The notes beneath the pieces are model-generated. The model was not told where the DNA came from and did not search any database. It saw only the letters and a program-made list of their open reading frames with translations. A stretch of 64,000 nucleotides of DNA from Rhizodiscina lignyota. Its lineage: Eukaryota. This document shows, piece after piece, positions 1 through 12,979 of the stretch. The stretch covers positions 310,001 through 374,000 of the forward strand of contig ML978128.1 in assembly GCA_010015805.1 (NCBI GenBank). Direction: 5' to 3'. How positions within the stretch are numbered: the stretch's first letter is position 1; each line of letters starts with the position of its first letter. A program made the position numbers and the translations under genes.

Positions 1-1017
1 AGGGATACTTACGGAACCAAGCTGGTGCCCTGCCAACCGGAGTTGCTATGAATGGTGCCGCCCAGTGGATATGCTTACTGATGATCATCTTCTGGTTTCG
101 TTCAGAGCTCCACTCTGGAATTTGATCGTCGGGCCAGTTGTATCTGTACTGTGCCATATGCTGGAAAGCGATATTGTTGACGTGCCAAATCACGAAATAT
201 TTGATCTTCCGGATACAGCCAGCATTGTTATTGCACTGATGCTGCCATTCAATCCATGTAACGTCCGACCATTGCTTGATGTGTTCTGGGAGCTGCGGAT
301 TAGGGGCGATTGGTTCGCGGTGGGTCATCATGTAGGCGGGGCCGTAGGCAAGAATCATGATTATGATGCCTTCTTCCGTATTGAAATAGTTCAGGTACTG
401 CGCTTGTGTTCCTGTCCATTTGCCGTCTGACTATTTCCTTCCGTCAGCAGTGCCCGCGAGGTCGGGAACGGCGAGCATACAGTCTGCGTGCCTTTGTGCT
501 TCCAAAGCACTGGCGTGTACTGGTCATTACTGGTGGACTGCTCAAGCGATTGCAGCATGCCGGAGAACATGTCAACGTTGACAAATAAATTATTTGTCTG
601 CCGAACCCATCCGTCGGCTTCGAGTTGCTGAAATGAGTCCCACTGGCTTTGCGTGTTCGTTTCCCTTCCCTTCAAATTTGCGTACAGATTGCCATTGCCG
701 TCTAACCTCTCTTGCATGAGGCAAATCAGCTCTTTACCCTGTGTACTGAGGCCTTTCCGCTCTTGGCTATACTGGTCGCGCTTTGACAGCGATGTCGAGT
801 CTTCAGAGACCGAGGAGGTGTTCGACTCAGTGTGATGGGCCTGACGAGGGAATTTGGTATTGACATCGAGGCCCAATCCATTTGCAGGTCGACCATCTTT
901 GTCCCGATCACCGTGAGAATCAGCTTGTACGCCAACACTTAGAGAGAGTGCAGTCCATGATACGACCACGGCGACGAAGAAGACGACCAACCAAGACAGC
1001 AGTCTGGAAATTCGCAT
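1..1017 (-). CDS. Secreted uncharacterised protein with Kex2-type propeptide, paralog A (3' end runs off the window)
   Basis: ATG at 1017 (MRISRLLSWLVVFFVAVVVSWTALSLS, signal-like) and SLSKR dibasic site. Intron 431-480 (GTATGC..CTGAC..TAG). Exon 2 reads SDGKWTGTQAQYLNYF..QWSDVTWIEWQHQC..IRKIKYFVIWHV..ATPVGRAPAWF; next donor GTAAGT at 12. Confidence 0.85.
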
Positions 1018-1525
1018 TTGTGAAAGGAATTGGCAAATGAAGTATGCGGTGAGGAGAGATGAAGTCAATGAAGGACCGAGAAGTCAAGCGTCGACAGTTG
1101 AAAGTTTGAAACAGACCCGAAAACAGAGTCGTTTAAATAAGTAGCAGTGTCAGAGGGTCCGAGGAACGTTGTCACTACCTTCATTATAAGGTTGGACAAG
1201 TACAATAGAAGCAGTTTCGTCATAAAACTGTGTCCGCGGAGCAAAGTGAAGATATCTCGATGTCCCATATGAGGGCGAATGCAATGACGCAACACAACAG
1301 AGAGAATGCCTTGGGTTTTCCAAAAGGAGTGTCTTCTGCAAATACAGTATTATGGAAGAACCTGTCCTCGGCAGTCCCTGAGCCAAAGAGACAAATATCC
1401 CAAACCAGCGGAGAAAATTAACCAACTTGTCCCGTAGCCTCATGCATGATCCACTAAACATAGGTCGAAAAGACCTGAGTATGTTCCCGCACGTACAGCC
1501 CATCAGCTCTGACTACCGATATAGG

Positions 1526-2787
1526 TTACAGAATAACACAGCGTGTCGAGCCATCCAGGTACCTCAGTCTTTTCCGGCCTTCCGTAACGTCCTCCACGTA
1601 AAGGAGCATGCTGGCAGTGTCGGTGTTTGCGGTTGTCCCTTGGTGTCTAAATATTCGAATACCGGTTATTTCCTTCTTCCCAAGAGTGTCTTTGTTGCTA
1701 ATCAAGAACCAAGCTGGACCGCGACCAATAGGACTTGCAAGCATCCGTTTACCGAAAGCATCATCAGTGGAAACGTAGGTAGACTGTCCCCAGGTAGGGA
1801 ATGCCCAAGATTCAGACGCGGGATTGAAATATTTCGGTTTTGCAAGCTCTCGCCAATATTCATTCTGGATGTCGTGGACGAGGAAGTACTTGATTTTCTG
1901 AATTGTGTTGATCTGATTGTCACACTGGCCCTTCCACTCAACCCAAGCGATATCCGACCATCTCTGGATTTCCGGCAATTCTGGATGCGAAACACCGGCG
2001 GGAGGATTTTGCATATAGTACTGGGGGCTGTAGACGAACCAACTTATGATCAGGCCTTGATTTGTATCGTACGAATTCCAATAAGTGGACATCGTGCCCG
2101 ACATGGATCCATCAGGCTGCATATAACATGTAATTATTTTGGTACTGCATATAACAGCGTAGCTGCTCAAACACTCACCCTTCGATGCCCGACGTTGGTG
2201 TACTTCACCGAGGCAGTTGCCGGCCAGTTCATGGGAATGTTGAGCCTCTTGAGGCAAGGCGCATAGTCAGCTAGCATACTTGCTGCAGCGCTCGACACCT
2301 GGCGTCCCCATCCGCCTTCCTCGAGGGTCTGAGGTGTTGCGTGCGTATTCAGATTTTCAGTGGTCTCCTGATTTCCCATTGAGTCCCGGAAATAGCTGTT
2401 GGCTTGACCTGCAGCTCTCTCCATCAAGCATTGGAGATCCGTCCCAGCGTTCATCCAGTCGTCTGCAGTCTTCTGATTGTCGGGAGTACTTGCACGGCTC
2501 CATAAGGTGACGGATAGATCGGACCTTTTGAGTGTTAAATTGGTGGAGGCCGGGTCGGTTTCGTAAATAGTGGCAGCATCTGAAGACAGCCTATCATGCG
2601 TTGTAGACGTGAGGCTAGGCCCGAGGCCTGGCTCCAAAACTCCATCATATCTGCCTATGTCATACAACTGTCCTTCGGTAGATTGCGTGTTTCTGAGAGG
2701 AGCACTACCGAAGGACAGTTGTGTCACAGCCATGAGGGCTGCGAAAAGTAGTAGTAGGAAGCATATGCTTGGACGAGATGATAGCAT
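1526..2787 (-). CDS. Secreted uncharacterised protein with Kex2-type propeptide, paralog B
   Basis: Signal-like MLSSRPSICFLLLLFAALMAVTQLSFG and LTLKR site. Intron 2117-2178 (GTGAGT..CAG) joins ORFs 2167-2787 and 1526-2257. Contains RWSDIAWVEWKGQC..IQKIKYFLVHDI..ASPIGRGPAWFL. Confidence 0.85.
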
Positions 2788-3804
2788 CGTAATGGACTTT
2801 GGTTCAAAAGGTTTGAAGCTGAACTGAGGAACTTTAGGAGTGTTGTCAAAGACGAGTGGAGTTTAACCCAGAGAAGAACATAAAGGTGTCATGTAGACAA
2901 TATGACAAAGTGTACATGTACATTACGCAAGTCTAACATGAGCAAATGTCCGCGGAAGCTTGTATGCTCCGCGTATTAAGGAGTGCCACGTGCAGTGACA
3001 CAACGCAGCGGTTCATCTCCCTGTCATTACCCATTAGGACGTTACAGATCCTGCAAGAAATTTGCAAAATGAAGTGCTCCGGGTTCAAGCTATTCAGAGA
3101 ACATTTAGAACACACTTCAGATGAACAACGAAAGAGGGAAAACTCGGCTCCGGAGATTCGCATCTTGGAATCGGCACCAGAACAGGGAATGGGTATGGGC
3201 GAAATCTCCTCTTGCTGAGAAGTGTCGTGTGACTGTTTGTGTGTTCTTCCCTGTTGTGTGATTTGTGTAAGCAAAAATGAAAATCCATCTTCTTCAAAGT
3301 TTCGAGTTACTAGGTAGGAATGGAAGACGGGTACGATATCAGCTGAGTTCTCCCCTATTATTTCTATTTGTGTACCACAAGATAGTGATGAAGAGAACCA
3401 CAGGGTGATAACGAAGAAGAGTGAAGTGAAGTCGTCCACGAGTGAAGGCTTAATTTCGGGCTCTATCCAGGAGACGCGTGACGTCGACAAGTGGCTTATG
3501 TAACGCGCCTCGAAGTAAAGTACATGTACGAGTCGAAGAGATGGCTTGGCGAATATCTGTCTCGTGTGCTCAGCGACATTTCTTCAACGACGTATTCCCA
3601 GCTTCAGATCTCACCTCAGTGCACAAACTCACTTCCTTTGTCTTCTGATTCCATCTTATCCCCTTTAGCGACGTTTTACGACAGCCCCCAAGGCGTCTGA
3701 CACCGCCTCAACCTAATTACCTCCTGACAAATCCACCGCCACCTCGGAGAGAGCTATATACAGCTTGCGGCCAGTGGCCGAAGGCGCGAGAGAGGACAGA
3801 CGCA

Positions 3805-4565
<761 letters not shown>

Positions 4566-5070
4566 TACCTTTCTGGTGGAACGGAGCTCGCATGTCTTTC
4601 AGTTCCCATCTGCATGCAAGGCGTTTAGGCGTTAGAGAAAGGAATTGCTTTGGCATAGCATATCGACTCACTAGGCACTCACCGGGTTGACCAAATAGCT
4701 GAGCCCGCTTACTTGAACGGCTATAGTAAGAACAAGTTTTGTTCTTCAACTGGAGCGAGAGCATCTCTAAAAGCTCGATTAAATATATACCAGAGAGCGT
4801 TTATCTAAAGCACGCAGCTTCGTTGTGTATGATCTGTATTGACTGGCGCGGATTTGCATCCTCGTGGTTTCACATTCGGAAGGCACGATCCAACCTTTTT
4901 TTTTTCACCCACTGGAGACTTCAGGCGCTGAGTTATTACGCATTAATTGAACTATGATCTTCATCTATCCGTAGCTCCATCGCAGTATACAGTATGGACC
5001 GCAAACGTCCGGCCGCTTGCGTCTCTCCGATATAAACATAAGTCATTCCGAGGTGCCATCAATTCCGTCA

Positions 5071-7717
5071 TTAGTAGTTCTCCCAAGTGCCAATATTATC
5101 AGCTCTTAGCCTACTCTTTCTCCAATCCACGCCATATTTGTAATCGCTCAACAAAGGCTCCTCATCCACTCCGCAATGATCATCTCCATCCCTGCCAGAG
5201 AACCAACCCAGTCCATACGTCTTCCCGAACCTGTTCAAATATCGCGTCATTTGCCCGCTATTCATAAGCTCCGTGCCCACGAAATCTGTTAGCATCCTAC
5301 TCTGATGGATGAAGGCCAAGACAGCCGCTACCGTGCCCGGCTCGCGAGGGAGAAACTTGTGGCGTCGGCGAAGATAGACAAAAAATGCAACAAGCATAAG
5401 CAGAAGGAGAATTCCGGTAGATAGCCCGAAAGATATCCAGAAGCTTTTGAACGTCTCTTGACTGTTGTTTTGCCCGTTTGGATCGCTCTCAGCATCTTTT
5501 GCTCCAGGAACGAACTTGCTTCCGTCCACACTGAACGAACTCACACAGACGGTCAAGACTTCGGTGAGTAGACTGCAGAGGCCGACGACGGCTACGAGAT
5601 AGTGCTTGTTCTTTAATGCTTTTACACATATAACGCCAGGCATCTCTCCTGTATAGTCCAAGGTGAGAGTGCGCGCCGGAGCATTACGGCGGGAGAGGAT
5701 GTAGAATGGTTCCATCATGCGAACATCCATCTCCATAGTGCTCCAGATGAGCTTTAAGACTGTTGCAATAGTGGTGAGTAACCACGGGAGTTTCTCTGTG
5801 ACGACGTTGGCGCGCGGAACGAACATGAAGACTGGTATGAGGACGACGAAAGCGAATAGCGAGAGAATATACGGAATTCCAGCCTCGAGCCGTAGCATTA
5901 TCGGATGCGGATGCTCGGGCTTGATTTCCTCCGTAGGAGCAGGGTTTCGAATAAACTCTCCTTGCCAGAGAGACGATTTGTGAAGGATATAGCGCCGTTC
6001 GCGGATTTGCTTGTGAATGAGATGGTTACTGGCGGTGTCCAGGTTGCGAAAGTCATTGAGAATATGGCTTCGGGTGGCCATAGCCGCGATTCCAGCTATT
6101 CCCTTGGGATCGCTGAGCAGACCACTCCTCCTGCGCTCCAACCTGACGAGTAGCAAAATACCACAGAGCGCGACGAGGCATAGTGATACCGTAAGGGCCC
6201 TGGACCAGCCGGGGTCCATCATGACGAATTTAGGTTCGTCCTCGCGGCGATGGCTCGAATCTGGTTCCATGTTGACCGCCGCGGATTGCAACACAGGGAC
6301 TAACGAAGTCGCTAGCAACGTGCCGACGGAGGAAAATAACACAGCCCATTGGCGATACCTCACTGCTTTTATAGGTACAAAGTATTGCAGGAATGTAAGA
6401 TAGTCCATGTTCAGAGACTCTGCTGCAGTTGCTCCCGTCGGCTTGGACAATTGGTAGAACGGCTCCAATCGCTTAACCTCGAAATCTGTGATTTGCCACC
6501 TTTTAATTTGTTAGTGATTCTTCCGTTAGGTAGAAAAGGAAGCAATCGTACATTACGCCATAACTGACGAGAATTATTGTTGGCATGTATTTCCAGGCAA
6601 AGTAGACCGGTAAGCTGACGTCGGTAGCTTTGATGAACTTGATCAGACCATCATTATGCTTGGCTCTTTGTATCGAGAGTTGACACAGATACTCTTGTAT
6701 GCCAGCCAAGAATAGAGCGAGGGAGATGAGAACACAGATATATGGCCAATGCATCGACATTGGCCGCCAATTTGGCATATCTGGGTCCTCAGGAAAATAG
6801 TAACTTTTGTGCATGTCACTTTTGGCTTCGTCTGCGGCATCCTTCAAGATATCGCGAGCGTCTGGCGCGCCCTCGAAATGAGTGATATCCACTGCCACAA
6901 TTCCACCAGTCTCTTTCGCAACCTTCTGTGCAACATCGCGAGCTTGCAGATCTGATGGTTCTCGACGGTGTCTACTACTTGGAATTCGCTGGGGGTTGCC
7001 GAAAGGGGTATCCAAAATAGAGTTCATCCCACCACCAATGATTCCCGGGGACCTAGGCTCCGCTTCCAACCTGTGGAACTCTGCCATCAGCCCAGCTGCC
7101 GTAGGGTCGTCCAGGTCTGCGCTCATCGATTTCGCATGGCGCTTCTTCGACTGCATGGGTCGCAGAGCAATTGGGCCTTCAAATCCGGATACGTCGAAAT
7201 TGATGCCGTCCTCGTCATCGTCCTCGTGCAGGTCTTCCAAGCCACGCCGGCGCTTTTGATGCGGTCCACTCTCGTCCTCTTCTATCTCCTTGTATTTGTC
7301 TTGCCTCGAAGAGAATGGCGATCGTATTGAACTGATGCGGCTAAGTAAGCTGTGTGCGCGAGATGGTTTCGGAATCTCTACGCTGAGGTTGCCAGCTCCT
7401 TCAATCTTGTCAACTTTGGGCTTATACTCGGTTGACTCCGATAATGGCACCGAAGAGGATTGGAACTTGGACGTGATGGAGGGAAGTGAGAGAGGGTCGT
7501 AGGTGGGGGCGTCTGTTGGAGGAGAGACTTGTGCAGGGTAGGAGTATCGCTTTCGAGGAAGATCCTCTGTCTCCTCAGTTATGGAGATGGAAGGTATATG
7601 TTTAACTCGTGCGTTTCCACTTTGAGTTCGGGGCGGTATAAGAGATCGTGTTTGAGCGGTAACGTGTCGGTCGGAAGATTGGCCGCCAACCTGGAGAGTA
7701 GAAGGTATCTCTGCCAT
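5071..7717 (-). CDS. DUF3433-type multi-pass membrane protein
   Basis: Long disordered N-terminus, then a duplicated module (WKYMPT..EPFYQLSK..LNMDY; PWLLTT..MEPFYILS..LTLDY). Intron 6500-6551 (GTACGA..CTAAC..AAG). Start codon uncertain. Confidence 0.8.
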
Positions 7718-8798
7718 GATTGCGCCTTTCAATGGAGTTTTATCCTGCTTTGAACCCCAATGCGCAACACTGGAAAAACGAGTGTGACGAGCAACAAGCT
7801 CTGACAAGTCCGAGAAGGCCTGATGCGTTGGATCGAAATACTAAGGGAAAGCCATGATCGCGATTCTGTGTTTACGCGCGTATTCAAGACGTGAGCGCGC
7901 CTATAGATACTGCGGTGGCACTAAAACTGAAATCCAATGGCCGTGAAACCGCCCCCATCCGACCGCAAGGCTGAGACCTTTATATCCCACAGCGCAGCTG
8001 CAAGTCGCTATGAAGCTCGATGCGAACCGCAGCACAGCAATACCGCAACGTGCGCTGGTTGGCTGAATGCAGGTGCGGGATATATCAGCCTCCCTGTCGC
8101 TTTCACGCGTATGTACGTCGAGTCGTGAATGATTGCGAGGTGAATCTTGAAACGTCTGAAGATGTGGCCTACTGCTCTTGCAGAGACAAAGTCGCGAGAG
8201 CAAATTGGGAGGTACGGAGAGAGTAGCGCACAGCAAAATTAAGGCCGGCGGCGAGAGCTGAAGAGAAATAGCCGCTAGTTAATCGATAGGGGAGCGCGAT
8301 GAGCTAAATAAGGAAATTGTGGCGTCAAGCCTTACCATGCCCATAGATATCGTCTTGGCGTTTCATCCTTACCCGTAACCTGTATAGGAAGCAATTCCAT
8401 GCTGTATAGAGCTATTGAATGGGGGTCAAGAACCAAGGCGAGGTCAGAAGTTTGTGCGTCTTCGAAGCCTGTGACGGGAGCACCCGGAAGTGGTCGCGGC
8501 CCGGCATCCCGTCGCCTGATTTCCGAAGTCGTGAAAGCTTGAACTTAGCAAGATGATGAAACTGATTTTCCAAAGACTGTTCATTGAATTTTTGATGTCT
8601 TCGTATGCTAACCATATCGACAAAGCCGTAACTTCTATAGCTTCATAGACCGAAACTGAATGCAGCCGCTCCCGAAAATGCTGCAGTATCTTCTATCCTC
8701 ATGTACCCATACTAGCATTCGCCGGACCAACCAAAACCAACGCAAAAGGACAATTTGCCAGTGGACTTAGGCCATTCGCATATGTCCGAAGCCCACGT

Positions 8799-11228
8799 CT
8801 AGGCCTTCGATCGCAAAATGAATGGATGCTTCAGAGCTTCGTTGGGCGTGCATCGTCTCTCCGGATTGAGTTGCAAGCACCTGTCGAGAAGGTCGATGAA
8901 CAAGTTCAGCTCCCTCATATCTGCATCAAGCAGGCCTTTGGATGATGCAAGAACCCGCGATTTCAGGTCTCTCGTTGGCTTTGCGAAGTTGAACATCCGA
9001 ACAACGTCCTTTCCCGTCACCTTGTCCTTCTCCACGCTACGGAAGAGCTCCAATCTATCATCGAAATGCATATGCCTGAACTCCGCTTTACTGAGCATCT
9101 TGGAGCTGAACTTTCCACGGCACTCCATGATAGACTTCAGCATCTGATTGTTGGTGCGCCCAGTGAAGAGAATCTTTCCGGTGTAGAGTTCGAAGAGAGT
9201 GCAGCCGATGCTCCACATGTCGATCGGAAAGCCGTATTCCAAACCAAGGATAATTTCAGGAGCACGATAAAATCGACTGACCAAGTACGGTGTGATCTCG
9301 CTCTCGCTTGCATCGGCAGCAGAGCCCAAATCGCAAATTTTCAGAACGTTACGAGTTTCGTTGACAAGAATATTGTCAGGCTTAATGTCTGCATGGAGGA
9401 TGTTGCACTTCTTAAGGAGACTCAATCCAAGGAACATCTGCTGGGCATACGGACGAACTGCTTTGAGATTGATGCCAACATCGCGACCGAACTTCTTCAA
9501 TACTTCGCGAAGATTCATGCTAAGGTTCTCAAAGACCATGCATAAGTGCTGCTTGTGCTCAAACGAGGAGATCAGGCGGATAATGTGCTTCTTGTCGTCT
9601 GGATCAGCAGCTGCCAGCTTTTTCAGGATGTCGATCTCTTTGAAACCAGCTTTGCGCATGGTCTCGTTATTGCGAATGATTTTGATGGCAACGACCTTGT
9701 CCGATTTGACGTCCTCCGCTCGGAAGACTGCCGAGAACATTCCGCGGCCGAGATTCATCTGGGGTCGGTACCGACCATCGAGAGCGTCACGAGGGTTGAA
9801 GCGATAGTAGCCGTCAGGATCGTCCCAGTTGTCGCGAAGATCGAGATCTCCATCAATCGAGTCTGACGAAATTGGAATTACCTTTGAACTGGCGGGCGCG
9901 GCAGGCTTGGACTTGGGCTCTGGGGCAAACATGTCATCGTCGTCATCATCGGCGAACATGTCGAAATCGCTTTTCGGCGCTTTTTCAGGCGTTTCTTTCT
10001 TCTCAGGGGAAGCCTGCGCGAGGATCGCATGGCCTTCATCTTTCGTCTCGTCGTAGGTTGCCGCAGCTTGATCCTCTTGGTGTCGCTGGTCTTCGCGGGC
10101 CTTGTCTTCCTGCATGTCCATCGTTGGATCGTAGTCAGCAGCAGAAGGGCCTTCGGCCTCTATCTCAATGACCACTTCTTGATTATGGTTGGCAAGGTCT
10201 TCATCTTTCTGAACTTGAAAAGCTGTGGGTGAATCTGGAGCAGAGTCTGGCTTTGGTGTTCTTGGAGATGACACTGCAGGAGACACTGAGCGCTCTGCTC
10301 TACTGGTTGGTGTGTCCGTCTTCGGCGTCGCAGATCCTGATTGGTTGTAACTGCCAAGTTGCAATGCTTGAACAAGAAGAGGTGTGGATTGACCCTTGAA
10401 CTTAGCTTTGATAGCTTCGCGACGTCTCCTACGCTCCTCTATAAGCGCAGCCTCATCGAGGACTGGTGGCTCTTCGGCTGGCTCATCGACATCCATGCTC
10501 GTTGGCTGAGAGGGGTCTTTGATGGTCGATCTGTCTTGTAGTAAGCTCTCAATAATCACCTGTTGCATAGAGACGCACTCTTCAGCTTGCGCAACTCCAT
10601 CAGCCTGCGTGACTTTCCCGGGATGCATATCCATGTCGTGCCTGGCATCATTGCCACCACGAATGAATACCGGAGCCCGTCCATCACGTAAGCTCGCTCG
10701 CTGGTCTTTGCGATGCCTATCTTCACGGCCGTCGCGTTTCCAGTGGTCGCGGTCCCTTTTGTCGCGGCCATCACTCCTGTGTGGCTTATCATACCGACCA
10801 CGGTGGTCAGCCCGTCGGTCGTGGCGATGTGGCGAGCGGCTGCGAGTTCGGGAACGTTTGTCGCGTTCAAAGACATTCCTGTCTATATCTGCATAAGATA
10901 CGCGTTGGCGGCGAGATTCGCCGTATGAGTTTGTGTCCTCATAATGGACTTTGAATCGCCTTGTGTCCCGACGATCTCTCTCTGCGTGGTAGTCGTCATC
11001 ACGTCTACGCTTCTCGCCCCTAGGAGACTTGGATCGATAAGGCGATCTTGAGCGTGAGCGGTAGCGGACATAGCGATCGTCAAGTGAGGCTCCAGAAGAG
11101 TTTGAAGCTGGAGTCTTAAGTCTGGAATTTCGGTCAACGATGTCGCCATTCGCAGCAGGTCGTGCCGTAGTTGCCTTCTCGTTCTCCGTCTCGATGATCT
11201 CTCCCTCTGACTCCGATTGTGCGCTCAT
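8799..11228 (-). CDS. prp4: Serine/threonine kinase PRP4 (pre-mRNA splicing, CMGC/DYRK-like)
   Basis: RS/RD-rich N-terminus; DNWDDPDGYY; kinase motifs GRGMFSAV, VAIKII, HADIKPDN, DLGSA, TPYLVSRFYRAPE. Probable in-frame intron 10531-10578. Confidence 0.95.
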   Translation of the reverse strand: MSAQSESEGEIIETENEKATTARPAANGDIVDRNSRLKTPASNSSGASLDDRYVRYRSRSRSPYRSKSPRGEKRRRDDDYHAERDRRDTRRFKVHYEDTNSYGESRRQRVSYADIDRNVFERDKRSRTRSRSPHRHDRRADHRGRYDKPHRSDGRDKRDRDHWKRDGREDRHRKDQRASLRDGRAPVFIRGGNDARHDMDMHPGKVTQADGVAQAEECVSMQQVIIESLLQDRSTIKDPSQPTSMDVDEPAEEPPVLDEAALIEERRRRREAIKAKFKGQSTPLLVQALQLGSYNQSGSATPKTDTPTSRAERSVSPAVSSPRTPKPDSAPDSPTAFQVQKDEDLANHNQEVVIEIEAEGPSAADYDPTMDMQEDKAREDQRHQEDQAAATYDETKDEGHAILAQASPEKKETPEKAPKSDFDMFADDDDDDMFAPEPKSKPAAPASSKVIPISSDSIDGDLDLRDNWDDPDGYYRFNPRDALDGRYRPQMNLGRGMFSAVFRAEDVKSDKVVAIKIIRNNETMRKAGFKEIDILKKLAAADPDDKKHIIRLISSFEHKQHLCMVFENLSMNLREVLKKFGRDVGINLKAVRPYAQQMFLGLSLLKKCNILHADIKPDNILVNETRNVLKICDLGSAADASESEITPYLVSRFYRAPEIILGLEYGFPIDMWSIGCTLFELYTGKILFTGRTNNQMLKSIMECRGKFSSKMLSKAEFRHMHFDDRLELFRSVEKDKVTGKDVVRMFNFAKPTRDLKSRVLASSKGLLDADMRELNLFIDLLDRCLQLNPERRCTPNEALKHPFILRSKA

Positions 11229-11970
11229 CGTGTTCCTGGAGATCACAGATCACCTGTGTTGACGAAGTCGAGAGAGCGCGTTAGCTTTGCCTATCTCAAA
11301 ATTTTCGAGGCTCAACAAGATGCCGAACCAGCAGTATGTACCCTTCCACCACACTGTTGATATCTCAAGGACCGCAGAAGCTTCGCTCAAGTAGGAGGCG
11401 TATTGTTGTTGAGGTTGAGTAGAGGCAACAGCCACCGTGAGTTGTGTTGAGTGAAGTTGTTGGAAGTGTCAGGTCGCCAGCGAGCGCACCTCAGAAGCGA
11501 CAGGCGGCGATTGTCGGAGAGCTCCGAACTACAATAGATTAGTCATAGCTAAGTAAGCAACACTTCATTGCATTGATGTGAGACGTCCCTTGCAGCATTG
11601 AATGTCCACCGCTAAGGGGCCTTGATCAACCACCGCGAGTTTGAATTTGGCCATCGTCTTCACGTCTTCATCCTCATCGTTGATTTTCCTTCCGACCTTG
11701 TATCTTGCTCAACCCAATCCATCACCACTTGTGCCTCATCTACCTCACCCGAAAAGCTTCGGCCACCGATTACCTTCGGAGATTTACCGACTTCCCGATT
11801 CACTTCGAGCTTCGATAGCTCGTTCAAGACGATCCAGCCCCTCTCTGTCCTCAATCCATTTCTTTAACTCTTCTTAAGTCCTAAAAACAATTGTTCAGAG
11901 CTGCTGTGACGTGCTACAGACGTGACTAGTGAATTATCGCCACATTTAAACTTTTTTCTATGGTGTTAGG

Positions 11971-11976
11971 TATAAA
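11971..11976 (+). promoter_or_regulatory. TATA box of the alpha/beta hydrolase gene
   Basis: TATAAA about 90 nt upstream of the ATG at 12062. Confidence 0.5.
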
Positions 11977-12061
11977 TATAATGCTTTCCTCTCAGTAGAA
12001 TCCACCAGTCCTCCATCAAGAGCAAGTCATCCGCTACTGGCCATAACTGATAATCTTTATC

Positions 12062-12979
12062 ATGTCTTCACCTGAAAATGTCTCCTTCCTCTCCCGCAAC
12101 ATGAAACTCGCAGCCCACTGGTATCCCCCAGCTCCAAAATCCCCAAACCGTTTCGGAGCCGCTATCATCATATGCCACCCCTGGACGTCGGTTAAAGAGC
12201 AATCTCCGGCCGACTATGCCCGCGAACTCTCTAAAAGAGGTCTCTCCTGCCTTTGCTACGATGCTGCATACCAAAGCGAGTCGGAGGGAGAGCCTCGATC
12301 CCTTGAGGATCCTGCTCAGCGCGTTGAAGATATCAAATCAGCTGTTACCTACCTTGTCAGTCGCAAAGACGTCAATTCGGCCAAAATTGGAGTACTTGGT
12401 ATTTGCGCCTCCGGCGGTTACGCTCCGTTCGCTACACAGTCAGATCTTCGCATCAAAGCATGCGCAACCTCCGCCGCTGTCTGCGTCGGAACTATGGCAA
12501 GGAGAGGCTTTGACAAGGATTCCTCCAACATGAGTGTCCTCCATCAACAGCTTGAAGCTGCCGCAAAGGACCGTAACAGCGACGTTGGCGGAGAAAATGT
12601 GCCTATCGTCCACATGCTTCCGGAAAGGCTGGAAGATGCACCTGCAGATCTACCAGAGTCATTCCGCGACCTTGCAAGTTACTATCGTACACCGCGAGCC
12701 CAGCATCCTAGAGCAGATAATACATGTCTACCGAGAAGCTGGGACCACATGGCGAATTTCGACGCATTCCTCCATAATGATATGATCAGTCCCAGACCGT
12801 TGTTGATGATCACCGGGACAAAGGCGGCGACAAAATGGTACTCAGAGGACGGAGTGGCAGCGGCAAAGGAACCGAAGGAACTGTTTGTCATTGACGGATT
12901 GACTCATGCGGATCTCTATGATCATGTTGATGTTGCTGGGCCTAAGCTTGTGGAATTCTTCGGGAAGAGCTTAGTTTAA
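12062..12979 (+). CDS. Alpha/beta hydrolase, YcjY/COG1073-like, intronless
   Basis: Motifs HPWTSVKEQ, YDAAYQSESEGEPR, EDIKSAVTYL, nucleophile elbow GICASGGY, PRPLLMITG, H of THADLYD. These match the bacterial YcjY-type hydrolase pattern. Confidence 0.9.
   Translation: MSSPENVSFLSRNMKLAAHWYPPAPKSPNRFGAAIIICHPWTSVKEQSPADYARELSKRGLSCLCYDAAYQSESEGEPRSLEDPAQRVEDIKSAVTYLVSRKDVNSAKIGVLGICASGGYAPFATQSDLRIKACATSAAVCVGTMARRGFDKDSSNMSVLHQQLEAAAKDRNSDVGGENVPIVHMLPERLEDAPADLPESFRDLASYYRTPRAQHPRADNTCLPRSWDHMANFDAFLHNDMISPRPLLMITGTKAATKWYSEDGVAAAKEPKELFVIDGLTHADLYDHVDVAGPKLVEFFGKSLV

Noticed and set aside
2933..3490. 185-aa ORF upstream of arl1
   Set aside because: Non-ATG start, no recognisable motif and no coding-type bias.
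5071..7717. Starship element suggested by a DUF34xx gene and a 5S target site
   Set aside because: The gene is a DUF3433 membrane protein, not a DUF3435 tyrosine recombinase, and the 5S copy is uninterrupted.
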